From: Gnetum montanum
Lineage: Eukaryota > Plantae > Gnetophyta
Assembly: GCA_015680685.1 (NCBI GenBank)
Contig: MNCI01002706.1
Location: forward strand, 304,712-368,711
Reading direction: 5' to 3'
Length of the DNA: 64,000 nt
Position numbers and translations under genes: made by a program
Notes under the pieces: generated by a model
The model's database searches: none
Told to the model about the DNA's origin: nothing
Seen by the model: only the letters and a program-made list of their open reading frames with translations
In this document: positions 41,326-54,005 of the stretch, one piece after another
Position numbering within the stretch: position 1 is the stretch's first letter
How the letters are laid out: the number at the start of each line of letters is the position of its first letter

Positions 41326-44300
41326 TGATGAGTGGCAAGGTACCCCTACACTCAACCATACGAATACGAGCATTTCATGCACGATCCGGTCAAACGCCGT
41401 AGATGGGCTAGTTGTGGTATCTAGATAGTTACTTGTTGATCGTAGTTCATTGTCTTCCCACCTGGACTAGTATTTGCTTTGTCACATATGGTTTAGTCTA
41501 GAGTGAGGTGTATGATAGGTTCCTAAACTAATGCTACTCCTAGAAGTAATGGAAAATAATCTTTAATTAAGCTAGGAGGAAAAGGGAGAAAGAGTTATGC
41601 TAAGAGGAAATAAGGAGAGAGAATCTAAGCTAGCCTAAGTGCAATGAGCATCTATTCCTTAATCATCTGTACACATCTTGGACCTTGTGCACAACTACCA
41701 CTGGGATTACCAAGGGCATGGCCTAGGTATGCTACGAGGATACCAAGTAGTCACACCTAAATGCTCATGATTAAGTCATGCTCATTCCACGTTTAAGGAG
41801 TTTAGGTTGAAGAGATATTAACTATGAAAGTAATAAATAGAAATAACAATTAAATAATTAAACTAAGTGAATGCTGCAATGATGAAGTAATCTCGATCTT
41901 TATTTCTGGTCATGTGCATGTCCAAGTATGTCACACTTAAATAAAGGATGACGTACAATTACAATCATCACACTGCGGGCATGCACTAAGAGAGAGGGTT
42001 GAGATAAAAATGACAAAAAGATCCTACACTAAAATTGACTCCTAAAACTAACTAAAAAAACTCCCTTTCCATGTGCCTTCATGTGTATTTATAGGCTCAC
42101 ATAGGAACCACGATATCGCATATCTGATATCGCTGTTGGATGCGATATCGCGTACCTGATATCGTGGGTCCAATATTGCAACCCGATGAATCATGATTCA
42201 TCATACCCCCACGACTGAATGAAAACTCATCCTCGAGTTAGAATGAGAACAAGTCCCATTGATTACACAGTGGATAGGTATGGGATTATTGACCAACATG
42301 GGATCTATTCATGCCGCAGTGGAGAACTCAATAGAAAAAAATTGGACACAACAGGAAAAAATGAAAATTTCTAAAACTACAAAATTGGGTGGAACTCATG
42401 TGGTTCCTAGTGGCAGTGGCTCCTCCATGAGTTGCTTTCCCTTGTCCTGCGCTCCAGGTTTTTGGATGTGATAACATTGAAGTAGTGCTTGGAGTTTCTC
42501 CTCTTCAGTTCGAGGGTCTTGTGCCATCCATGCTGATGCTCCAATGTTTGATGGAGTCAGCACCTTCCAAGGGCACGGTAGTTGCGGAAACATTGTGTTT
42601 GCCTTGACATACCAGCCGCAAACAATCATTGTTCCTCCTCATAGGCTCTGGCTTTGTCTCTGTACTTCTAAAAATCTATAAGCCTTCAAGCCAAGTCTAT
42701 TGCGACATCTTTTTGTCCTTGGTAGCTTGCTTTAACCACCTCCAATTCAGAATTTGCAACTTCCAACTTCTGCAACATCCTCTTGTGTTCTGCAAATTCT
42801 ACTTCATACTTGGCATAGGTGGTAGGTACCTATTTCTTGAGCTCTGTCCTCAAGCGCCCTACTATCAACATAGCTAAATTGGCATACCTTAGATTTGCCA
42901 ACTCCATGTACTCTGTAAGATCTTGAATTTGCAGGTCCCAGCTCTTAAGTTCCACCTGGTGGGCAAATGCCTATGTGTCTAATATGGCCAACCAATTAGT
43001 GTGTGGTGCACTGAAAGCATTGATGTGGGCCTTGGCCATATGGATCTTCTTTTCAATGATTTGTTTATCCATTCCCACCTAGTCTCAGAAGTTCTCTTTT
43101 AACTTGTCATGCCACTTGGCCTCATTCTACCATGCGCTTATTGCAATGGCCATCTTCTAACAAATGACGTGTACCTCCTCTATTGAGAGGGTTCAATTTT
43201 CCCTAGCGAAACAATTCATGTCCTGGTTGATCCTAATCAGCTATTCTCATAGCCACTAAAAATTTTCTTTGAGAATGTTCTTTCGTTTCTCCACAGAGGT
43301 CAACCAATGATTGTCAACAATAAGTTATTTTTTTTCTTCTTGTAAGGCCTTGAGTGCCTTGGTGTGCACGTAAGTTTGCACTTGTGTCATGGAGGCATTC
43401 TAGTCGGCCTTCCCTTTTTCCTCTACCACCTTTTTATTTTCTACCAGCAATTTGTTGAGTTGGTCTATCCTGAAGGTGTCCAGCTGGTCCGCGAGAATGA
43501 ATTGAGAGGGATCCCACTGCGCTGTTTGTAGGGTTACAAGCCTTTCTTGTAGTCTTGCAACTTCTGCTTCTACGTGCTTAGCCCTTATTTCTGTCATGAC
43601 TAGCTTTCCTTTGGTAAAGATGAGGTCTGATTGTGCTATTGTAACATCTTGTGGGATGTCAAACAACGACGTCATTACCTGTCCTGTTTGCAGTAATCGA
43701 TCAAGTACATCTTCATGCTCCACAAGAGTCATTGAGGGACTGGCCAGAGTTTAAGCATCCCATGCTCCTATGAAATCTGTCGGTGGCACAACAAGGATGT
43801 TAAAATATTTCTTAATGTGGTTTGTGACCACCTCTGCGGCTCCCACTACATCCTAGTGCTGCATGACCACCACTATGGACCCTTCACTAGTCTCTAGTTA
43901 CACCTGAAAGGATGCAGCATTTCCTAAAATTTGTTGCAACTAATAACTCTCCTCTCCTCCTGTCTGAATGGACACCTCACCCCTTGCATGATCTACAAAG
44001 ATAGTGGACCCCTACACTCAACCATACGAATACGAGTGTTTCACGCACAATCCGGTTGAACTCCGCAAATGAGCTAGTTGTGGTATCTAGATAGTTACTC
44101 GTTGATCGCAGTTCATTGTCTTTTCACCTAGACTAGTAGATGCTTTGTCACGTATGGTTTAGTCTAGAGTGAGGTGTATGATATGTTCCTAAGCTAATGC
44201 TACTCCTGAAGGTAATGGAAAATATCTTTAATTAAGCTAAGAGGAAAAGGGAGAGAGAATCTAAACTAGCCTAAGTGTGATGAGCATCTGTTCCTTAATC

Positions 44301-44372
44301 ATCCGTACACATCTTGGACCTCGTGCATGACTACTACTGGGATTACCAAGCACAGATCCTAGGTATGCTAAG
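41326..44372 (-). mobile_element. Athila-like element C (3' LTR 41326-42203, PPT, ORF2 C-terminal part 42396-44005, partial 5' LTR about 44007-44372)
   Basis: LTR termini, PPT tacccccacg; 44007-44372 is near-identical to about 41340-41735. Confidence 0.82.
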
Positions 44373-44374
44373 GG

Positions 44375-47300
44375 AAAAAAACTAAGAAAAATGAAGTTTA
44401 GATAAAGCTAGAAAAGCCTAGAATAATGGGGAATTCTTGAAGAGGGCTTGGAATATATGGTGAATGGAGATTCATAGGAGATTTATGTGCTAAGGAATGT
44501 AACAACTGGATTTTTCATGGTGGACAACATAAGGTTTGAAAGTGAAATGGCTAAGGGATAAGGAGTTTGGCTATCCCAACCTAAGTTGTCATGGTAATCC
44601 CTTAGTTACCATGATCACAACTTAGCCTAAGTGTAACTAACTAATGAGACAAGGTATCAAAGTGTTATAAGTTACACATAAAACACTAATCCTTGGCTAT
44701 GTTTGTGATCATAAATGGAACCAAAAAGAATACTAGAAGGAGAAGCATCCTATCCATGAAATAAGTGACCACGAGAGGGAAGGGACCAGCAACCACAACC
44801 ACCCCAAAAAGGAGAAGCATAAATGCATGCAACAAGACCTCTTTGGGAGGAGCCCAAAGTGTAATTTGTCCATCAGATTTCCATAATAGAAATAGGCCAA
44901 TCCAAGTGAGATGAGGTACCACAACCTAAACCAAAATTGAAGGTCACCTTGACCAAGGCCTACTTAAGGCAAATTCATACCAAGGAGGTCCAAAGTGCAA
45001 TTTTGAATAACTTAACTTTGGTTTCTTCTTGGACATGGCACCAAAAGAGGTAAAAACTTAACTACAAACCTCTCCCATGTGGCCTATTCTCACTTTTAGT
45101 GGGGAGTGATACATGGAAGAGACATACCTCTTCTAGAACAACAAATAAGCAAATGCCACAATCAAGATCAAGGACATCAGTGTGTTCTATTTGGTTGAGG
45201 CCATTTCTAAGGTCCCCTAGTTACCTAATATTGGGATAACTTTGGTGAAGATTTCAATGTAGGAAAATCCATATGTCAAGAAGAAGTGGGTCCAACGATG
45301 CTATGAAGTGGACCGTAAGGAATATAGTGCACTCACCAATGCAAAGAGGGTCTATTTCAAGATGGAGACCTACCACCTAAACCCAACAATGAGGCCAAGC
45401 AAAATCACTACCTTCTCTACCCATGTGTGTACCACTCTAAGCAAAAAGTTCCCAATCAACCTTCCACATCTCATATTCCTGGAAATTGAGAAAAAGTTCA
45501 AAGAGAATGATCATGGGAGGAAGACACTCCCCTTTCCTTGCCTCATTAGAAAACTTTACATAAGGTGAGGGATATCTCATTACACCAATGACACCCTTTG
45601 TCATGCTCCTACCACATCCTAGTAGGAGATGATAAAAGATAATGCATCCACCAAGTGGCAAGAAGAGGTGCGGCCACCACCCCCACCACCTACTCAAGAA
45701 ACAATAGCAGAGGCTTGTGCTACAACCAAGAGCATTAAAAAGCTTCATGAGCAACTCCTACAATAGCAATAAGAGGGACCAAGTGGTGGGAAACCTTTAG
45801 TCTACCAGCTAGCTTTGAGCCATCTCAATGAAGTAACCCAAACAATAAGCTAGCTAGAGGAGACTACACCACTATTTTTCACATAGAGAATGTAGGCATC
45901 CACAAGGTCAAATCCAAGCACCCAGGAAGTGATAATGTCTATCCTTGGGCAACAACAATTCCCAGAGATCTCTAGGAATGTCACCACTTTCTCAATGTGC
46001 CTAGAGAAGGGGAAGGAGCTAACTATCCTAGTGATGTAGCACCATAGATAAGAAATAGTAGTAAAGGTGGTGGTTGATCATGTGGCATAGGCCTTGAATG
46101 CTCCTACGACAGTTGTGCTAGACATTACTACACTTCAAGATGTGTAGATGTCCTCAAGAGCAAGCAGTGGAAGGCTGAGTGCAACCCAATAAGAAGAGGT
46201 GTTGGACCAACTGGTGGGAACCAGGCAACCACTTCCAGAGATCTTTGATCTCCTAGATAACATCATTACCACCCATTCAAAGCTACTAAACACTAAGGGC
46301 AAGCTCATCATCGCTAATGCGTAACTTGAGATAGCCACAACCAAAAATCGAAGGTTGGCTCCCAAATTTATGGAATTAAGAGCTTGCTTAGCTGATCTCG
46401 TCATTCTCAACCAAGTAGTAACAAGGAATGAATCTTTCTTATAGCTTTAAAACAGACTTAAATAGGCTAAGAATGCAAAGGAATGGTGGTCTTTGACACA
46501 TCTTTATCGAAGGCTCTAGCCTACAACACCAATAAGGACTTGTCATAAGTCTATAGAGAGAACCTAGCTCTGACCAAGGACATTCATTACCTGCAAAATG
46601 TTAAGGCATAAAAGGACCAAATGGTGGAATTTGTGTGACAACAGCATGAGCAGCTTGCCAGGGTAAATGATGGGATGCGATATCACGGTCGTCGTGATCC
46701 TGCATCCCTCGCGATCTCGCATATGCAATATCGCGTCGTCCCCTGCGATATCGCGGTGCGTCGTCATATCTATAAATAAGAGGCGGCTCTCCCTTTTTTC
46801 CATCCTAGGCTTAGACCATAGTGAAACTTTGGCAGATTGATCACTCCAAAGATAGAATATTTTCCATGTGCCCACAGTATGAGTCCTAAGTGAATGGATC
46901 TTTATTCGAGCAAATATTGTACCTGAACACAAGTTTTTGTACAGAAATAAAGACGAACTTCTTGGATAAACCTTGTAGTGCATGGAATAGGCTAATTAGG
47001 ATTTTATTTATTTTTATTTACTGTTTTCCATTTAAATGCTTTATTAGGAATTAAATCTTTCTCAACCCTTCTCTCCTAGTTAAGTGCCTTAGTACGACCG
47101 CTTCGAGCACGTGCGTTACGCGTGGTGATCCCAACAATGACTAGCATTTGGTAACCACGATTGCATTGGTTCAGGGTGTGAACAGTAAGTGGGAATGGAT
47201 GCTGACGCTAGGTTAATTCAGACTTAGTTAGTTAGTTAGAGTTAGTAATTAGTCTCTTCAACCCTTCACCTCTCAACATAGGAGATAAAACAAAAATAGC

Positions 47301-49500
47301 TATAAAAATCATATACCTCAAACTTACTTAACCATACACCGTGACAAATACAAGTCTAGGAAGACAACGAATAATTAACCTTAAGTGTTCCATGAGGCGT
47401 GTAGGCACTTAGTCTATGGAGTTCGACCAGATCATGTGTGTTACGCTCGTATTCGTATGGTTGAGTGTAGGGGTACCTCACCACTCATCAGTAAACATGG
47501 ATTTAAGGAGGTTGCTTACTGAGAATCGTAATCTCTTGATGGAGGAAGTTTGTGCACTTTGCCAGAAAATGACCATTGAGATAGCCACTTGGAAGAATGA
47601 GGCCCTAAATTTTGAACAAGTAAAGAATTACTATAGGGACTAAGTTAGACTCCTCGAAGAAGTCAATGAAAAAGAAATTCAACTAGCCAAGGCAAAAATG
47701 AACGAGGCCCTTCAACAACTCCAACAAAGAGGCAACATGTGGCAACCCATCTTTGATGGACTACACACCTACAACAAAGCTTAAATCCACCTAAAGGAGT
47801 TGCAAATCAAGGAGATGAATGAATACATGGAGTTAGCCAACCTCTGCTATGCAAACTTGGCAATGCTGACTGCCATACATCCCTGATTAAAGCTAGAAAA
47901 ACAAGTGGTTAGCTCATGCCTCCTATATGAGGTAGAGTTCAAGCACCATAAGGACACAAAGAAAAAGCTAGAAACAACTAACACCAAGCTTGAAGTTCTC
48001 AAGGCTCGATTCATAGATCAACAATCAGTCACTGAGAACTTGGCCAAAAGAATGAACAATTACTAGGAGCTAAAGAACCTTGTCAAGACTTTTGACATCA
48101 AACGCAAATAATTCGCTGCCTAGTTCATGAATGTCAAGGAGTTGTTCCTAGCCATGCCTTTTCCGTGGGATGTTCCTATACTAGCTCACATCAATGATGC
48201 CGCATGGACTATGTACAATCCCTGGAGTAAAGAGGAGAAGATGAAGGCATTGCTAGATGCCTTCCATCTTCCACTAGAAGTAGCAGCTACAATAAGACAA
48301 CCACAACAATAACCTCAACCTCAACCACCACAACCAACTCAACCTCAACCACCACCACCATGGGCACTGGAGGCTAGAGAAAGTTCTTCAGCACCTCAGG
48401 AGCCTCCACCTCCTAGCATTGTCTAATCTTCTTTTCATCTTCGACCATCAGAGGATCTCCAACTGTCCAGTTTTACAAGGATGTTGAATTTTGTTTTCCT
48501 GAACATCCATTTTTGTAATCATTGTAAATCTGTACAATCAAGCACTTAGAGTAGTTAGTAAGTCAATTTGTCTATGGTTCCACACCTTCCCAATTTTGTA
48601 AGAAGCTCGATCCTACTTTTGTTCACTCAAGGATGAGTTTTCACTTAGTTGTGGAGGTATGATAAATCGTACAAGTTAGGCTGTGTCAACAGGCATACGT
48701 CAATGCATCCCTGTCAATGCATGAGTTGATGCGTTGACGCATATGTGTTAACGTGGTGTTTATCTTTACCTATATAAATGCATGCATCCACCGCATTTAT
48801 GGCACCATTGATTCAATAACATAACAAAGTTCTTGCAGTTTGTTCCCATAACAATTAGAATATTTTCTAAGTGCCCACAGTAGCATTCAAGGATTGTACG
48901 AATCCTTATTCAAGCACCAATGTACTTGAACACATTGATGTGACGACAATAAAGACAAGATTCTTGAAATACCTTGTAGCACTTGGAATAGCTTAATGTT
49001 TACTATTTATGCACTTTAAATTCATGTTCTTAATTAAATAATTAATTAATACACATAAGTACGACTACCTCAAGCATACCGTTAATGCTTGGTAATCCCA
49101 ACAATGTTATCGCTTGGTACAACCAGTAGCCTAACACTTGGTAACCCAATAGTGTCATAATGAGTTCAAGATGTGTACAGAAGGTGGGCTTGGATACTTA
49201 TGTTAGGCAATAGACTAAGACATTAGATAGTTACTTAGATTAGAACACACTTAATTACTTTATTTCACACTTAGGATAATTAGAATAAAATATAAAAATT
49301 AACAAATCATGTGCCTTGGCTCTCACTTAACCATACACTTGCACCTACACAAGTGAAGTTGAGAAGACAACAATCACATCCATAGGTCACTATCTTTACC
49401 GCTAGTATTTGGAGAGCTAAAGTCCACAGAATTCAACTGGATCGCTAGTGAACACTTGTGATTCATATGGTTGGGCATAGGAACTACTCGCCACTCATCA
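44375..49500 (+). mobile_element. Athila-like element D 3' part (ORF2 about 44960-48425, PPT, 3' LTR 48660-49500)
   Basis: ORF2 pieces 45308-45568 (KKFPINLPHLIFLEIEKK..TLPFPCLIRKL) and 48127-48312; PPT gtggaggta; LTR TGATA..CATCA. Confidence 0.82.
46668..47490 (+). mobile_element. Athila-like solo LTR with TSD GTAAA, inserted in element D ORF2
   Basis: TGATG..CATCA; GTAAA at 46663-46667 and 47491-47495; ORF2 resumes after it; CpG-rich, so relatively young. Confidence 0.92.
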
Positions 49501-51247
49501 CTAGCCAATATTAAAACTAAACTATAGAATAAAAAATAATGATGCCTTATTCTCTAAAATGAGGTAAAATGTGTTACAGAGGAACTAGTGGCAAAAAGGT
49601 GGCACATGTAGCAAAGACAAAGAATGTCCATAAGTTAAGAAAAACTCTAAGTTGTAGATGTTGAAGGAACTCCTCCCTCACTTGCAAAAAGTGTCAATCC
49701 CCTCAAGCTTATTTCTAGGAAAATTCCAATTTTCTCCTCCTCCAAACCACCTCCAAACTCATCTTTTGTAATATATTCTTGCAATAATGAAGATGAGCCT
49801 TTGACCAAAAATTTAATACCCAAATTTTACTAAGTGTTGTATTACTCCATAATAATGAAATGATATTCTTGTATATATGTCTCGGGATGTACCTATAGTC
49901 AAAACAAACTCTTCAGAAAGCCCACAAGAAATGGCTCAAGTAGTTAGCTCATTGTTTGATAAGGATTTGTAGGCAAAAAGTTATCAATTCAAATCACACT
50001 TAAGGCATAGTTATATTCCTCTCTAATTCTTCTAACGTCTCATGTTGGCTATGTGTTGGAATGTATTATATTCAAATTATTATAGAATCCACCCACCCTT
50101 TCTTCAATAAACACTTCACAAATATGCTTCATCAATTAAAGGAAATTGTTAAAGTTCTAAACTTAAACCTATGTTGTAATTGTGTAAAACAATTAATTAA
50201 AACACATTAGTTACTTCTAAAGAAACGAATGCAACCTAAACTAGAAAAGTGATGATGTTTCAAAACTAATTTATGCAAAGTGTTGTGTACATCTATGCAT
50301 ATGAATACATAAGGGGCATGTCAAAATGAAATTTTCTTTTGCCAATGTTTGCCCCAAGACATATAGTCAACTTAGAACTTTATAAATCAATATTGCCTAC
50401 TAGAATCAAACCCATATAGCATCATATCATTATGCTAATACCTCATTGTTTGTGAATATGAGTATATACATTGTGATAAACTGAAAGAAAATGTGATTCT
50501 TAGTAATATGATACTCGCAGGTATTGGACAAAATCCAAACTATTCCATGCCATCTCCAGTCATAGGGTATTTTTCACCAATTTTCTAGCAGAAAAACAAT
50601 CTACATTTTTTTTTAAAGTACTGTGGTACCTTCACTAAAGCAACAATTAGGAAGATGACCCAAAGATGTCTAAACATATAAGAAAGAAAATGAATGAATA
50701 ATGAAGATAAAGTTCAATGAAAATAGTTCCCTCACTAGTGTGAACATGAACTACATAAAGTAGTGTAGTCAACTATAATTGTGAAATAGCACCCCAGCAC
50801 AATTGAGTCAAGTACAAGATCGCAAATTTGACCTTTAACACATGTTAACTAGCCTAAGAGCAAGTGCAATGCAAAAGTTACTAGCTACATCATAGAAATA
50901 ATTAGTTACATTAAAAAGCACCTAAAATTCTTTCAATTTACAGATGTACCTCTATGTTATTAACAATTCTTTAACACAAAAGTGTGATGAACTATTTTTG
51001 TAATACAAGTAAAAATTAATATATTAAAGTCATCACTACTCATTCTACCAAACAATGTCCTAGAAAGATCAATAGAAGAGCGTGCAATCTCTATTCACAT
51101 AGTTATACCCAAGCTTGTGAAACACCTTACCAACACTTCTATGCAAACAAAAGTGTTTTACAAAATTAGTTAATCAATTAATATTCTCATATGGTATTTT
51201 AGATGGTTTGGGCATGCATAAAGATTAATTAATTAACTTATTAGAAA

Positions 51248-51533
51248 TGGGGTTGTTAAAACCATGAAATAATTGTAATATAGATACACCTCAAGATATA
51301 TAGTACAATTAAAACAACGAGATACTAGCCTACTAACAAGACACTTAAATTGAAAGCTCCATGTCATGGGTTTGATTTCGATAGACCATGTTGAGTTATA
51401 TAAAAGTTCTAAGTGAACTATATATCTTGAGGTGTACCTATGTTTTACTTATTTCAGGTTCCAACACCCCCATTCAAAACTTTATAACTCAACATTGCCC
51501 ACCAAAATCAAACCCATGACTTAGAGCTTTCAA
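51248..51533. repeat. Interleaved inverted repeats (A-x-B-A'-B'), possibly SINE-derived
   Basis: A (about 51248-51311) pairs with about 51410-51472; B (about 51350-51408) pairs with about 51476-51532. Confidence 0.7.
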
Positions 51534-52563
51534 ATCAAAAAAACTCATATCCATCCCCATTTTTGTTAGAACAAGGCTAAGATAATGATAAAGAAAAATT
51601 AATTTTCTTCTATAGAATTACATTGGTTATAAAATTTTATTTTTGTGCATTTCCTAATTAAAACTTCACCCCATGCAAAAGTTTGCCCTAAAAATTGGTT
51701 AAGTTTCAATTAACTTATAAACAAATAATCAACAAGGTCAAGTTAAACACCAAACTAAAAATAAATTTGACATATCCATTCATGGTATCAGAGGAAGAAA
51801 GGAAGAACCATATGAACCACAACACACAACTAGCTAACAATGAAAGTACATTCAAAAATGCCTTAGCATAATCACTCTTAATATATTAATTAAGAAACCA
51901 AATCAAACTATCACCTAAACGGCAAATTCATCATTTGCCAAAAATTTCAATTACAAAAGCAATTTAAAAAATATTGCAATAGAAAATATTCTTTGAGGAA
52001 AGAAATTAATACTTCTTACACCATGATACTCCCTTGACTTGTAAAGTTTTAGTTCAGGACAAAGTCAACTTCATTTAAAATTGAGCAAATTTCGCCTTCA
52101 CCTAGTCAACTAAACAATGGTATATCATAAAGCAACTCTTAAGTTGACTAATTTCTTTAACAAGGTTACTCAACTTCCAATTGCCAACATCATCGCAACA
52201 ATTCTTTTTACTCTCAAGTAACCTGTACATTTAAAAAAAAAAAACATTTTACCGCTCATTTTACCGCAACCTTTTTGTCACATTTTCATTTTATCCTTCA
52301 GATTTCCTTTGAATCACGTTCCTTCGAATCCATTTTGATACCAAGCTTGCCATACAATACCGTTTACTTAAAATGCGTAGATCATGCCATGGAACCAACA
52401 AATTAGTTGCAAAGAGTGCTCTAACGTAAAAATGAATTAACTATGACACTAGTGAATGCATATTTCTTTGTTTGATTCATTAAAATTACCGAAGAACTAA
52501 AGTAATTTTCGCTTACGTGAGAATGATTTTCAGTCCAGTGAAATTGGTTCAATTCAACATAAA

Positions 52564-52746
52564 CAATGCCAAAAGTTGCATGAAATTGATTTACCTTCAG
52601 GATTTTTTCAATGCCAAAAGTTGCATGAAATTGATTTACCTTCAGGATTTTTTCAATGCCAAAAGTTGCATGAAATTGATTTACCTTCAGGATTTTTTCA
52701 ATGCCAAAAGTTGCATGAAATTGATTTACCTTCAGGATTTTTTCAA
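52564..52746. repeat. Perfect 45-bp tandem repeat x4
   Basis: caatgccaaaagttgcatgaaattgatttaccttcaggatttttt repeated four times identically. Confidence 0.95.
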
Positions 52747-52946
52747 CAAGTGGCAACAAAACATTTGATTATTATTTTTTTTTTTTTTAAGATTCATTTG
52801 CAGTCAGGAAAAATTACCGAGGGAGAAATGAAAATTCTATTGCTTCAAGCAACAATTCAACTTGTTTGCCTTCATCGAACTTTATGATATAACTTTAAGG
52901 ATCTAAAAAATGGATATGATTTTTTATTTTAAATTTCTGTAATTTG

Positions 52947-53012
52947 GAGGTGTTAAAACCTGTGACCTGGCGTTGGGAGACGAAGCCCTATATACCACTG
53001 AGCTAACACCTC
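52947..53012 (-). other. tRNA-derived remnant (pseudo-tRNA or SINE head)
   Basis: GAGGTGT-TA-GCTCAGTGGT..GGGC..CTCCCAA..AGGTCACAGGTTTTAACACCTC: A-box, D-stem and paired ends present; T-arm and anticodon stem defective. Confidence 0.5.
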
Positions 53013-54005
53013 ATTGTTACAAAATATTTAACAAACCAATCACATTTCCTAACAAGATTTAACACTTTTGTTAACAAATGCAAATGCTGCGGGAACTGCA
53101 GCTATGCACAGCTACAATTCTCGTGCAATAGTTGTGTCGTCGACACTAAAGGCATTAAACCTAAGACTCAAGGTACCCAACAACCAGCACATTGAAAGAA
53201 GACAATTTTACAAATAACAAATCCAATATTCAAATATGAATAAAAAACGATTTTCAAACCTCACAAACAATTCTATTTAATCAAATCGAAATAGAAATCA
53301 ATCTGGATATAGTCTTTGCATACAAGAATATTAAATCGGCAAGCCATTTTGCAATTTCACTTTCACCAAGTTCCATTCCATAATATTTCGAGGAAAGAAA
53401 TCAGTGTTTATCCAACAGATTTTCTTTCCTGGAAGAACTTCACTGTAAAAAAACAATGATTAACAATCACTATGAACAGTAAGAAATACGAAATACGTTA
53501 CATTGGTCGAATTTAAATATCTGCGTGTATAGCAATTCAAACACTCAAATGCACCCTTGAAAACAGATCAGGTTTCGGCAAAGAGATCGCCTGTGGTAAT
53601 AAAAGAACACCCATAAACCAACATTTGCTGCTCTCTTGGCGCTTGTTCCCCACCTTTATTGATAAGTCTTGAAAGAATCAATGATAACTGTACATCTGCA
53701 ACGGTTCAAACTTTTTAAACTGACTAGAAAAGCAAACCGGATTTTTTTTTTCCCGTTTAAATAAAGAATGTTTTCCCAAATTACCTTGAATTGAATAAAG
53801 GGGAATGAAGCCAATTGGTGATACCTATAGTACATACAATGAAAGCACCATCGCCAGCACACATTTGCTTCAGTTTCTGGAAAAGAAAAGGATGTGTAAC
53901 AAACAAAGAAACAAATCTTCATCAATTTAAAGCAAAATATGGGTATATTAGGCACAGTCAGACACCTGTACAAGTAAATTAAACTTCAAGCAAGAACCAA
54001 CCGTA

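Noticed and set aside
33858-49500. Pairing LTR 33858-34774 with LTR 48660-49500 as one element
   Set aside because: U3 sequences differ, and the flanks (gaaca versus ctagc) are not a TSD.
49930-50030. Possible SINE head (tggctcaagtag...aattcaaatc)
   Set aside because: A and B boxes too degenerate; no TSD or tail identified.
51564-51793. TG..CA followed by PBS-like TGGTATCAGAG
   Set aside because: No internal domain or second LTR; may be an old remnant but cannot be supported.
52421-52887. ORFs with 15-aa repeats or a CRISPR-like array
   Set aside because: Open frames on both strands arise from the 45-bp tandem repeat; there are no spacers or cas genes, and the context is eukaryotic.
53391-53430. 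Short hairpin downstream of ATG2
   Set aside because: Too short and low-complexity for a miRNA precursor; bacterial-type terminators are not relevant here.
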